Of a DNA stretch of 64,000 bases, positions 40,743 to 49,780 are shown in pieces. The notes beneath the pieces were generated by a model that was given only the letters and a program-made list of their open reading frames with translations, was not told the origin of the DNA and made no database searches. A program made the position numbers and the translations under genes. Each line of letters opens with the position of its first letter. Within the stretch, counting starts at the first letter, position 1. Origin of the DNA: Chloroflexota bacterium (lineage in GTDB: Bacteria; Chloroflexota; Limnocylindria; Limnocylindrales; CSP1-4); the NCBI GenBank assembly GCA_003158295.1, contig PMIP01000093.1:7630-71629 (forward strand), read 5' to 3'.

Positions 40743-41432
40743 ATGCCGTTCGGACTTCGCGGCAACGGACAGGCCGCGGCAGACGCGGACGCGATCGTGG
40801 CGCGGCTCCTGGAGGCTCTTCCGCCCGACCACGGCGCCATCCGCGCCGGCGCCGGCGTGTGGAGAGCCGCCGATACCAAGCGGCTCCTTGGCCGGGATGA
40901 TCGGGTGTTCACGGCCCTCTTGCGCGTGGTCCAGACCAGCCACGGCGGAGGGCTTCTGCGCTTCTTCCTGCCGGCAACGAAGCCCTCCCTGACCGAGTGG
41001 AACGGGCGGCACGGTTGGCACGAGAGCTGGCCGTCCAAGCCCAATTCGATTGCCATCGCTTCGGACTGGCTGGGCAACCTGATCCTTCTGGACCCGAGCC
41101 GAGCCCCGAGCGGAAAGCGCCGAGTCGCCCTCCTGGATCTCGCTACGGGGGCGTACGACCTGTTCGGCGATCTCGCCGAGTTCCTCGACTCGCTGCCCGA
41201 CAACTCGGAGAGACTCCTGTTCAAGCGGAGATTCGACGAGTACCTGGCGGCGGGCGGGAGACGCCCCAACATCACGGAATGCGTCGAATACGCTATCGCG
41301 CCTTTGGTCGGCGACGGCAAGGAGAACCTGCGCACGATGAGGATCTTGGGCCTGGAGGACGCGGTCGCCATTGCGGGGCAGCGACGCGACAAGTACGGAG
41401 CCATTCCTCCGGGCCTGCGGCCACCCGGATAG
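40743..41432 (+). CDS. Hypothetical protein, DUF1851/Tdi1-like or SMI1/KNR4-like immunity-type fold (tentative)
   Basis: 229 aa with a strong GAGGAGG RBS 9 nt upstream. FASDWLGN-type segment (IAIASDWLGNLILLD) and C-terminal ECVEYAIAPLVGDGKENLRTMRILGLEDAVAIAGQ. Family assignment is from memory only. Confidence 0.45.
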   Translation: MPFGLRGNGQAAADADAIVARLLEALPPDHGAIRAGAGVWRAADTKRLLGRDDRVFTALLRVVQTSHGGGLLRFFLPATKPSLTEWNGRHGWHESWPSKPNSIAIASDWLGNLILLDPSRAPSGKRRVALLDLATGAYDLFGDLAEFLDSLPDNSERLLFKRRFDEYLAAGGRRPNITECVEYAIAPLVGDGKENLRTMRILGLEDAVAIAGQRRDKYGAIPPGLRPPG

Positions 41433-41456
41433 CCGCTTTCTGGGGATGCCGCTCCC

Positions 41457-42296
41457 CTACTTCGTGTACGCCCCGTCGGGATCCAGCTCTTCGCGGATCA
41501 GGCGCAGCTCTTCGGCAGAGGGCTCAGGCGTCGTGGGCAGCGGGTCGGCCACTTTCGGCTGCCAGCCCATCGTGTCGCGGATCTGTTCGAGCGTGGCGCC
41601 GGGGTGGATCGAGTCCAGTCGCATCTCGCCGGCCTCGTCGAAGTGGTAGATGCCCAGGTCCGTCACGACCACCGAGGGCCCGGACCCGAGCCAGCCTTCC
41701 TCGCGCCGCGTTCGGGCCGCCGACTCCGCCCCGCCGAGGTTGCCCGGCGAGGTCCGGAAGTCGATCCGGTCCACGAAAGAGCGCTTCGACTGGCGCATGA
41801 TCACGAATACCTGGCGGGCGTTTATGGCGATCTCGCATGCCCCGCCCGAGCCCGGGAGTCGCGTCTTGGGGTGCTCGTAGTCGCCGATGACCGTGCTGTT
41901 GATGTTGCCGAAGCGGTCGATCTGGGCCGCGCCGAGGAAGCCGACGTCCACCAGCCCGCCCTGCAAGTAGAAGCTGAACAGCTCGAACATCGAGACGGCA
42001 GCCGTCGCGCCGGTGACGATGGTCGGGTCGCCGATCGATAGCGGCAAGCGGGCCGGCTTCGCGCCGAAGGCGCCCGACTCGTAGACGAGCTCGAGCTCAG
42101 GGGCGACGGTGAGCCGGGCCAGGTTGACGGCGATGTTCGGCAGGCCGACCCCAACGAAGCAGACTCGCTGGCCGGCCAGCTCGCGAGCCGCGGCCACGAT
42201 CATCATCTCGGACCTGGTGAAGCCGGAGGGAGCGGCGCCGGTGGCGGCCGGGGTCGATCCGCCGGCGGCCGGTACATCGCGGCGGGGCTCGCTCAT
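41457..42296 (-). CDS. CoA-transferase subunit B (glutaconate/3-oxoacid CoA-transferase family)
   Basis: Internal ATG of track ORF 41457..42683, with ATGA overlap on the subunit A stop. VCFVGVGLPN...ESG and GGACEIA. Confidence 0.8.
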   Translation of the reverse strand: MSEPRRDVPAAGGSTPAATGAAPSGFTRSEMMIVAAARELAGQRVCFVGVGLPNIAVNLARLTVAPELELVYESGAFGAKPARLPLSIGDPTIVTGATAAVSMFELFSFYLQGGLVDVGFLGAAQIDRFGNINSTVIGDYEHPKTRLPGSGGACEIAINARQVFVIMRQSKRSFVDRIDFRTSPGNLGGAESAARTRREEGWLGSGPSVVVTDLGIYHFDEAGEMRLDSIHPGATLEQIRDTMGWQPKVADPLPTTPEPSAEELRLIREELDPDGAYTK

Positions 42297-43210
42297 TCGT
42301 AGAGCCCATAGTCGACCGAACCCGATGGCGCCGAGCCCGACGGCCGCAGCTCGGCCGCCCTTTCGGTTCCGAGCTTCTCCATGTACTCCGCCCGACCGCC
42401 GACGCCGTAGACCCATTCGTCCAGCCAGGCGGCGGTGGATGCCGCGTCGCGGCTGATGGCTTCCCAATCGCGGTAGAAACGGTTGTCGCGGTCGTAAGCA
42501 CCCTGAACGTACGACGGATGTGCGCCCCAGGGCTCCACCACAACCGCATCCACGATCAGGCCGGGGATCACGGTGCGGTTCGGATCGGCGCGGATGACGG
42601 CCTCGTCGACCAGCGTCTCGACGACAACGATCACTCGCTCCGCGGCGAACGCGGCCTCTTTCTGGCAGCCGAGCAGGCCCCACATCTGGGTGTTGCCGTT
42701 CGCGTCCGCCCGCTGGGCGTGGACGACGGTCACGTCCGGCTTGAGGGGCGGGACGGCATACACCGTTTCGTCGCCGAACGGGGAGCGAACGGGCCGGATC
42801 AGCGGGTTGACCTTCGGCAGGTCCGTTTCGAAATACGAGCGCAGCGGGAAGAAGGGCAGGTTCGAGGCGCCGGCCGTATACCGGCCCACCATTCCGAAGT
42901 GGCTGTACTCCTCCAGCTCCAGCGGCGCCGGATCCGCGTCTTCGACACGACGCCGAATGGCATGCAGTCCGCCCACGCCGGGATTGCCGAGCCAGCTGAA
43001 GACGAGCTTTCGAGCCGTGCCGGCCGCCACCATCTGGTCGTAGATAAGGTCCGGTGTGAGGCGCGCCAGGGCAAGGTCGCGCTTGCGCTGGCGGATGATC
43101 TCGTGCCCGGCAGCGAAGCAGATCAGGTGCGTGAAACCCTCGATGGCGACGACGTCACCGTCGTGGACGAGGGCGGCGACGGCGTCGCGCATCGACGCGA
43201 CCTTACCCAT
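42293..43210 (-). CDS. CoA-transferase subunit A (glutaconate/3-oxoacid CoA-transferase family)
   Basis: 305 aa. DAVAALVHDGDVVAIEGF and the family pattern thereafter. Confidence 0.8.
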   Translation of the reverse strand: MGKVASMRDAVAALVHDGDVVAIEGFTHLICFAAGHEIIRQRKRDLALARLTPDLIYDQMVAAGTARKLVFSWLGNPGVGGLHAIRRRVEDADPAPLELEEYSHFGMVGRYTAGASNLPFFPLRSYFETDLPKVNPLIRPVRSPFGDETVYAVPPLKPDVTVVHAQRADANGNTQMWGLLGCQKEAAFAAERVIVVVETLVDEAVIRADPNRTVIPGLIVDAVVVEPWGAHPSYVQGAYDRDNRFYRDWEAISRDAASTAAWLDEWVYGVGGRAEYMEKLGTERAAELRPSGSAPSGSVDYGLYE

Positions 43211-43279
43211 CGGCGCTCACCTCGCGATCACCTGCGGCTCAACTGGACCATCATGGCACGCGCCTCGCCCCCGGGTCCG

Positions 43280-44632
43280 TCAGGCCTTGGCCGCAACCTC
43301 AGCGACCGCCTCGCCGAACAGCTCGAGGCCCACGGCCGCCTCGGCCTCCGTCAGCACCAGCGGCGGCGCAATCCGGATGACCGAGTGGCCGCATTCGAGC
43401 GTCAGGAGGCCGCGCTGGAAAGCCGCCCATTCGACCGCGGCCGAATGCTCATGGGTATCGAATTCGACGCCGATCATCAGGCCGATCCCGCGCACGTCGG
43501 TGATCACCGACGGGAACTGCGCCTGCAGCCGGCGCAGTCCGGCCATGAGCTCGGCTCCGCGCGCCACCGCGTTGGCCATCAGCCCGCCCTCGAGGAGCTT
43601 GATCGTCGCGAGCGAGGCCGCGCACGCGACTGGGTTGCCGCCGTACGTGGTGCCGTGGGCGCCGGGCCCCCATTTGGTCATGAGCGAGTCGCGGGCGATG
43701 AACGCGCCCAAGGTCATGCCGCTGGCGATCCCCTTGGCGGTGGCGAGGATGTCGGGCTCCACGTCCCAGTTCTGGATGGCCCACATCTTGCCCGTGCGGC
43801 CGGCGCCGCATTGAACCTCGTCGGCGATGAGCAGGATGCCGTGCTCGTCGCAGATCCGGCGCAGCCCCTGCATGAAGCCGTCCTCGGGGACGACGTAGCC
43901 GCCCTCGCCCTGGATCGGTTCGACGACTATGGCCGCAACTTCGGTGGGCGGCACCTCCCGGTCGAACAGCACTTCGTCGAACCACTTCAGATCCGCCACG
44001 TGGCCGAACGGTGCGTGGAAGACGCCGGGCAGCATCGGCCCGAAGCCGGCGTGGTACTTGGCCTTGGACGCGGTGAGCGACACGGATCCGTACGTCCGGC
44101 CGTGGAATGCGCCCAGGAACGACACGAGGTACTGCCGCCCGGTCGCGTAGCGGGCGAGCTTGACGGCGCCTTCGACGGCCTCCGTGCCTGAGTTGGTGAG
44201 GAATACCCGGGGCTTCTCCTTCATTGGCGCAATGCGGGCCAGCTCGGCGCACATTTCGGCGTAGATCGGAAGGTAGAAGTCGGCGCTGTAGTGGATCAGC
44301 TTCCCGGCCTGCTCCTGGATTGCCCGGACGACCTCCGGGTGGCTGTGGCCCGTGGAGGTGACGGCGATGCCGGCGTTGAAGTCGAGCAAGAGGTTGCCGT
44401 CGATGTCCTCGATGGTGCAGCCGTGGCCCCGCACCGGAACGACGGGATACGCCCGCGGCAGGCTGGGCGAAGTCCACTGCCTGTCGAACTCGATGTGCGC
44501 GCGCGCCCTGGGGCCGGGCAGCTCGGTCACGACGTGGGGAACGGCGGAGGCCTGGACGAGCTTGCCGGGAGCCTGGGTCACGGTGCACCTCGACTGGGCT
44601 TGGCGCCGCGGCCGAACGGGCACAGCGGCCAC
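43280..44632 (-). CDS. Class-III aminotransferase, 4-aminobutyrate aminotransferase (GabT)-like
   Basis: TELPGPRA..., NSGTEAVEGAVKLAR, LIADEVQCGAGRTGK and TAKGIASG (PLP Lys). The start may be GTG 44581 rather than 44632. Confidence 0.85.
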   Translation of the reverse strand: MAAVPVRPRRQAQSRCTVTQAPGKLVQASAVPHVVTELPGPRARAHIEFDRQWTSPSLPRAYPVVPVRGHGCTIEDIDGNLLLDFNAGIAVTSTGHSHPEVVRAIQEQAGKLIHYSADFYLPIYAEMCAELARIAPMKEKPRVFLTNSGTEAVEGAVKLARYATGRQYLVSFLGAFHGRTYGSVSLTASKAKYHAGFGPMLPGVFHAPFGHVADLKWFDEVLFDREVPPTEVAAIVVEPIQGEGGYVVPEDGFMQGLRRICDEHGILLIADEVQCGAGRTGKMWAIQNWDVEPDILATAKGIASGMTLGAFIARDSLMTKWGPGAHGTTYGGNPVACAASLATIKLLEGGLMANAVARGAELMAGLRRLQAQFPSVITDVRGIGLMIGVEFDTHEHSAAVEWAAFQRGLLTLECGHSVIRIAPPLVLTEAEAAVGLELFGEAVAEVAAKA

Positions 44633-44706
44633 GCGAACGGATAGCCTTTATGCAGTGTGGATAGTGTCCAAGTATAGCGGAGAAGTGGCTGCCGGCACCG
44701 AACGCT

Positions 44707-45852
44707 CTACTGCGAGTAAGGGATCCCCGAAGCTGGAGGCTCACCTGTCGTCGCGCCTGGCGCCCCGTCGGGCGCGAGCCACACGATGGTCGCTAGGGCG
44801 CCGGCCGATCGATCGGACGCGGCCGTCCAGGACGCGGTGAGTGTCAGCTTCCACAGCCCGATCGCGACAGGCTCGATCTTTGTCGTGCAGGTTACCGGCA
44901 GCGGCTTCCTGAGAGTCGGGTACCCGGAGAGCGAGGTGACGGTAGTCGTGGCGGAAGTGCCGGGATCGCTCGGGAAGCACGCTAGGGCCGGGTCGTTGGC
45001 GCGGACCTGGGCGAGGCCGATCGCGGCTATCCGCGGCCCGTCGGCCGGGTTCAGCACCGGAACTGGCGGGTCGTATTGGATGCTCGCGACGAGGGCCTCG
45101 ACCTGGGTACGCATCTCGTCTGCACCCGGGTTCTTGATCGAGGCTTCTAGCATGTAGAGGCCGTACATCTCGCCCGGCACAGAAAGCGTCCAGCCGAGCG
45201 TGATGTCCGCGTCGGAAGCCACAGTTCTCTCGCCGCCGGAGATGGCAGGCAGGCCGCCGACTGTGACGTACTTCGCACCGGGGCTGAGCCCGTTCGGATC
45301 AGTCGGATCGATCGGGCCGAGACCCGGCGGTCCGCGCTGCCGCGACAACTCGACCACGACCTGACCCGGACCGACCTTGATGTCGGTCCCGCATTGGACG
45401 CCCGAGATGAACTGGTCGCTCGGTCCCGGCGTGATCGCTGCACAGGTCGCGAGACCCGACCCCGTTCCGAGGAAGTAGAGAATCGTGACGTAGTGCTCGT
45501 TCAGTCCCGAAACCGACGCCTTCCAGGAGGCCGGGTAGTCGAACGCGAGACCGTCGCGATCGAAGTGAGCGAGGGATGTGGCCGGCTGCGCGGACGGGGC
45601 GGCCGAGGTCTGTTTGGCGGACGGCCCACCGCCGCTTGATCCCCCGTTCGGTTGAAGGACAAGCGCCAGCGGGACGAGGGCGATGACAACGATGAAGGCG
45701 ACCGCTGCGAATCCAAGACGCCAGTCGAACCGAACCGCCCGGCGCCCGCGGATCGAAACCCCTTCAGCGATCCTGTCGGCCAGCTCTGGCGAAGGCTGTG
45801 CAGTGTCCAAGGTGGCGTGCAGCGCCTGCGACAGGCGCTCTTCCTGGTTCAT
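44707..45852 (-). CDS. Single-pass membrane protein, probable anti-sigma factor of the upstream ECF sigma
   Basis: 381 aa. Short cytoplasmic N-terminus, one TM (LGFAAVAFIVVIALVPLALVL) and a large extracytoplasmic domain. ATGA overlap with the sigma gene stop. Confidence 0.6.
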   Translation of the reverse strand: MNQEERLSQALHATLDTAQPSPELADRIAEGVSIRGRRAVRFDWRLGFAAVAFIVVIALVPLALVLQPNGGSSGGGPSAKQTSAAPSAQPATSLAHFDRDGLAFDYPASWKASVSGLNEHYVTILYFLGTGSGLATCAAITPGPSDQFISGVQCGTDIKVGPGQVVVELSRQRGPPGLGPIDPTDPNGLSPGAKYVTVGGLPAISGGERTVASDADITLGWTLSVPGEMYGLYMLEASIKNPGADEMRTQVEALVASIQYDPPVPVLNPADGPRIAAIGLAQVRANDPALACFPSDPGTSATTTVTSLSGYPTLRKPLPVTCTTKIEPVAIGLWKLTLTASWTAASDRSAGALATIVWLAPDGAPGATTGEPPASGIPYSQ

Positions 45853-46367
45853 AGCTCCTGCCTCATATGGGATCGAAGGCGGCCGAGCGCCCGATGCAGC
45901 CGCGACTTGGCCGTCCCCAGTGGGATGCCGAGTGCCACCGCGACGTCGGACACCTCGAGGTCCGCGAAGAATCGAAGGGAGAGAACGGCCCGATCGTCGG
46001 GCGGCAGCAGGTCGAAGGCCCGCATCAACTCGATCCTGTCGGTGGGATGTACGGAGGGTTCGAACCCGGGCATTTCGGCCGCCAGATCGAGGCCTATCTC
46101 GCGCACACGGTTTCTCCGCCTCGCTTGATCGAGCGCCGATCGAACCGTCAGCCGTCGAAACCAGGCCGGCCAGCGGTCGACCTCACGCAAGCTGCCGATG
46201 TCTCGCCAGGCTCGAAGGAAGGCTTCCTGTACCGCGTCCTCCGCCTCCTGCGGTGACCGCGCGATCGAGAGGGCAAGGCGGTAGGCCGCCGGGGTCTCGG
46301 CATGGACGAGCGTCGCGAACGCGACCGCGTCTCCCGATCTGGCGGCGAGAACCAGGTTTCCTGCGAT
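45849..46367 (-). CDS. ECF sigma-70 family sigma factor (start codon unresolved)
   Basis: The track ORF 45849..46190 begins at a TTG inside region 2. My upstream in-frame translation continues ...AIAGNLVLAARSGDAVAFATLVHAETPAAYRLALSIARSPQEAEDAVQEAFLRAWRDIGSL up to an in-frame TAG at 46407-46409. There is no ATG/GTG/TTG in that stretch. The 5' end given here is the ATC codon at 46367. Confidence 0.6.
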   Translation of the reverse strand: MAGNLVLAARSGDAVAFATLVHAETPAAYRLALSIARSPQEAEDAVQEAFLRAWRDIGSLREVDRWPAWFRRLTVRSALDQARRRNRVREIGLDLAAEMPGFEPSVHPTDRIELMRAFDLLPPDDRAVLSLRFFADLEVSDVAVALGIPLGTAKSRLHRALGRLRSHMRQEL

Positions 46368-46496
46368 GGCCGTCGTGCTGCCCGTCGCCTTCCCCCGGCT
46401 CGCGGACTATCTACCGGCCGGTCCCTCCGGCACGGCGCCTATCTACTATGGCGCGCCACTGTATCGATTCGTTCCCTCGCGGCCTAGATCGCCGGA

Positions 46497-46880
46497 TCAG
46501 GCTCCCGGCTCGGTTTCGTGGGCTGCGTCCGCTTCGGCCTTGGTCTCGTGGATCGTGCCTGGGGCGTGCTCGGGCGGGGCGTAGATCGTGTACAGACGCA
46601 GATCCGTTGTGCCGGTATTGACGAAGTTGTGTCGGGTCCCGGCGGGAACCTGGACGAGCCGGTCGACGGAGACGGCGCTCTTCTCTCCGTCCAGGATCGC
46701 CTGACCTTCGCCCTGGACGAAGACCAGCACCTGGTCCACGTCGGGGTGGACCTCACTGCCGATCTCGCCGCCCGGTGGGATGCTCATCACCACGACCTGG
46801 GTCTTGGGTCCGGTTGCCAGGACCTCGCGGAAGTAGGTGTTTGCCTTGGCCAGCTTGACGATGTCCTGGTTGAACGCCAT
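46497..46880 (-). CDS. Cupin domain protein
   Basis: 127 aa with a GGAGAG RBS. GGEIGSEVHPDVDQVLVFVQGEG...VPAGTRHNFVN. Confidence 0.8.
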   Translation of the reverse strand: MAFNQDIVKLAKANTYFREVLATGPKTQVVVMSIPPGGEIGSEVHPDVDQVLVFVQGEGQAILDGEKSAVSVDRLVQVPAGTRHNFVNTGTTDLRLYTIYAPPEHAPGTIHETKAEADAAHETEPGA

Positions 46881-46916
46881 GTCTCGCCTCTCCTTGGGTA
46901 CTGTCCGCTCGGCCGA

Positions 46917-48497
46917 TCAGTCGACCAGGGTCTGGGATTGCTCGCGCATGAACTGCTGGACGTAGTAGAGACCGCCGGATGCCTTGCCGGTGGTGCCGGA
47001 GCCCTTCCAGCCGCCGAAGGGCTGGATTCCGGGCCACGCGCCCGTGGTGGCGCCGGCGCGTCGGTTGATGTAGATGACGCCGGCCTCGATCGCCTCCTCG
47101 AAGCGGGTGATCTCCTCGCGATCCTCACTGAAGAAACCGGCCGTGAGGCCGTAGATCGTGTCGTTGGCACGCTCGAAGGCTTCGTCGAGCGACTCGAAGG
47201 GAGCCACGGCAACCAACGGAACGAACAGCTCATCCGACCAGATGCGGTGCTCGGGCGGGAGGTCGACGACGATCGTCGGGCTCACGTACAGGTTGCTGGG
47301 GTAGGCCGGGCCGCTCAGCCACTCGCCGCCAAAGAGGATCCGTCCGTCGCGACGGGCTTCGGCGACGGCTGCCTCGTACTTGGCAAGGGCCCCGGCGTTC
47401 ACCAGCGGCCCGAGCCAGTTGCGGCGGTCTGTTGGGTCGCCGATCGTGATCGCCTTCGTCTTGGCCACGAGTTGATCGAGGAACGCGTCAAAGACCGGGG
47501 CCTGAACGTAGACCCGGCTGCAGGCCGAGCACTTCTGGCCGCCATACCCGAAGGCCGATCGCATCACGCCCTCGGCCGCTTCTTCGAGGTCCGCTCGCGC
47601 GCTGACGATGGCCGGGTTCTTGCCGCCCATCTCGACGATGACCGGCTTGGGATAGCGCCGGCTGAACTCCTTGAAGACGTGGTTGAAGCCGATCTCGAAC
47701 GAGCCGGTGAAGAGCAGGCCGTCGATCCCCGCGTTCTCCTGCAGCTCGGCGCCGACGACCGCGCCGGGCCCGCTGACCATGTTGAAGACGCCGCGCGGGA
47801 GGCCGGCCAGGTCGGCGATCTCGGCCAGCTTGACGCCGCACAGCGGGGCATCGCTGGATGGCTTGTAGACGACCGTGTTGCCTGCGGCAAGGGCCCCGCC
47901 GGCCGGTCCACCGGAGAGCGCCATCGGGAAGTTGAACGGGCTGATGACCGCCCAAACGCCGTGCGGCTTCAGCACCGATCGGGTGTGCACAGTCGCGTCA
48001 CCGAGGTTCCCCATGGGGCGGTCGAAGCCGTCGTTGGCCTCGATCTGGTCGCAGTAGTAGCGGATCAGGTCCGCCGTCTCCTCGACGTCGCCGAGCGCCT
48101 CGAGGCGGTTCTTGCCGACCTCGATGGCCATCAGCGCCGCCAGCTCCATCTGGCGCTCGCTGATCATCTCGGCCATGCGCCGCATGACACCGATACGCTC
48201 CCGCCACGGCATCCGGGCCCAGCCCGGGGCGGCGGCGCGGGCCGCCGCCACGGCGTCCAGCACGTCCTGGCGCGTCCCCTTTGCGAAGCGGCCTACCAGC
48301 GACCCATCGATCGGTGAGAGTTTCTCGAAGGTCTCCTCCGAATTCCGCCACTCGCCGTTGATGAAGATGCCGTGGCTGCCGCCCAGCTCGCCCCGCGCGA
48401 CCGACAGACCGGCGTCGTAGGAGGCGTGCAGCTTCTCGTTGTCGTTGCGCAGCGTGGCGTAGGTGATCTTGAGCCGGGGCTCAGACGTCGCGGCCAT
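46917..48497 (-). CDS. Aldehyde dehydrogenase family, L-glutamate gamma-semialdehyde (1-pyrroline-5-carboxylate) dehydrogenase-like
   Basis: 526 aa. ISPFNFP, VEMGGKNP (catalytic Glu), GQKCSACSR (catalytic Cys), and C-terminal GWKGSGTTGKASGG, typical of the PruA/RocA type. Confidence 0.8.
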   Translation of the reverse strand: MAATSEPRLKITYATLRNDNEKLHASYDAGLSVARGELGGSHGIFINGEWRNSEETFEKLSPIDGSLVGRFAKGTRQDVLDAVAAARAAAPGWARMPWRERIGVMRRMAEMISERQMELAALMAIEVGKNRLEALGDVEETADLIRYYCDQIEANDGFDRPMGNLGDATVHTRSVLKPHGVWAVISPFNFPMALSGGPAGGALAAGNTVVYKPSSDAPLCGVKLAEIADLAGLPRGVFNMVSGPGAVVGAELQENAGIDGLLFTGSFEIGFNHVFKEFSRRYPKPVIVEMGGKNPAIVSARADLEEAAEGVMRSAFGYGGQKCSACSRVYVQAPVFDAFLDQLVAKTKAITIGDPTDRRNWLGPLVNAGALAKYEAAVAEARRDGRILFGGEWLSGPAYPSNLYVSPTIVVDLPPEHRIWSDELFVPLVAVAPFESLDEAFERANDTIYGLTAGFFSEDREEITRFEEAIEAGVIYINRRAGATTGAWPGIQPFGGWKGSGTTGKASGGLYYVQQFMREQSQTLVD

Positions 48498-48867
48498 CCG
48501 AACGCCCTCCTGGTGCCATGCACCTCAACTTGGCTGCACCGCCTCGAGCCGCGCGCTCGCAGCTGGGCGCAGCCGCACTTGCCTCCAGTCTACCCGCCGC
48601 TCTCAAAGTCGCTCTGCGAAGGGGAAGCGGGGCCACGCCGGAGCCGCCCGAGAGCCGGCGGCGAAGTCTCCTCCGTGCCACGGCCGAGTCGGCCGCGCGG
48701 GCGCGGCCTCCGCCACACAGCGGGCCACGAGCGATCCCCCGGCCGGGTATCCTTCACCGGAACCGCGCCGCGTCCCGTATCGGTTCCCCGCCACCCGGGA
48801 GGCAACCCGAACCCGGGAGTCTCGACATAGTCCGCCTGGCGTCGCCGGGCCGTCTCCGGAGATATGG

Positions 48868-49773
48868 ATGAGCGACTCCAGACCGATTCACTGCGTAGTC
48901 CTGGTGAAGCAGGTCCCCGATACGCACAACATCACCGGCGAGGTGATGACCAAAGACGGCACCATGAATCGCGGCGCTCTGCCGGCCATCTTCAACCCGG
49001 AAGATCTCAACGCCCTCGAGATGGCCCTCCAGATCAAGGACCGCCACGGCGGCACCGTCACCGTCATCACCATGGGACCGCCAAAGGCGGCCAATATCCT
49101 GCGCGAGTCGCTCTTTCGCGGCGCCGACAAGGTCGTTCTGCTGACCGACCGCAAGTTCGCCGGCGCGGACACGCTGGCGACCTCCTACGCCCTCCAGTGC
49201 GCGGTTCAGAAGCTCGGCCGGTTCGATCTCGTCCTGTGCGGACGCCAGGCCATCGACGGCGACACCGCCCAGGTCGGCCCGCAGACGGCCGAGAAGCTCG
49301 GCATCCCTCAGATCACCTACGCCGAGTCCATCATCGAGATCGCGGACGGGAAGGTCACCGCCCAGCGCGCCTTCGATTCCGGCACGGAGATCGTCCGCTG
49401 CCAGATGCCCTGCCTGCTCACCGTGGTGGGCACCGCCAACACGCCGCGCCCGGCCTCGGTGCGCCGCCGGATGGAGCACAAGCTCGCCGCCGCCCCGGGC
49501 GAGTACACCGCGCTTCGGGCGCAGTGGCCCGAGTTCGAGACCGACGCCGCCCTCGACGAGTACCTCACCAGGCACGACCTCAAGATCCCCGTCTGGACGG
49601 CCGAGGACGTCGGCGCGACGGAGGGGAGCATCGGACTGGCCGGCTCTCCGACACAGGTCCACAAGATCAACTTCGTGGTCCTGGAGAGTACCGAGAGCAA
49701 GACCATCTCGCCCACGCCCGAGGCGATCGCGGCAATGGTGGCCGAGCTGGTCCATGAATACATCGTCGGGTAG
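48868..49773 (+). CDS. etfB: Electron transfer flavoprotein beta subunit (FixA-like)
   Basis: Internal ATG of track ORF 48463..49773. VLVKQVPDT, NPEDLNALEMAL and CGRQAIDGDTAQVGPQTAEKLGIPQ. Confidence 0.9.
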   Translation: MSDSRPIHCVVLVKQVPDTHNITGEVMTKDGTMNRGALPAIFNPEDLNALEMALQIKDRHGGTVTVITMGPPKAANILRESLFRGADKVVLLTDRKFAGADTLATSYALQCAVQKLGRFDLVLCGRQAIDGDTAQVGPQTAEKLGIPQITYAESIIEIADGKVTAQRAFDSGTEIVRCQMPCLLTVVGTANTPRPASVRRRMEHKLAAAPGEYTALRAQWPEFETDAALDEYLTRHDLKIPVWTAEDVGATEGSIGLAGSPTQVHKINFVVLESTESKTISPTPEAIAAMVAELVHEYIVG

Positions 49774-49780
49774 GCGCGAG

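Noticed and set aside
42518-44744. ORFs 42518..44191 (+) and 43449..44744 (-)
   Set aside because: They are shadows of the CoA-transferase A and GabT-like genes, with no motifs and biased composition.
45849-46190. Track ORF start (TTG 46190) for the second ECF sigma
   Set aside because: It would truncate sigma region 2, although the upstream in-frame sequence is clearly sigma-like. I kept the longer gene with an unresolved start instead.
46518-48317. 599-aa plus-strand ORF
   Set aside because: It is antisense to the cupin and P5C dehydrogenase genes. It is Asp/Arg/Gly/Leu-rich with no family resemblance.
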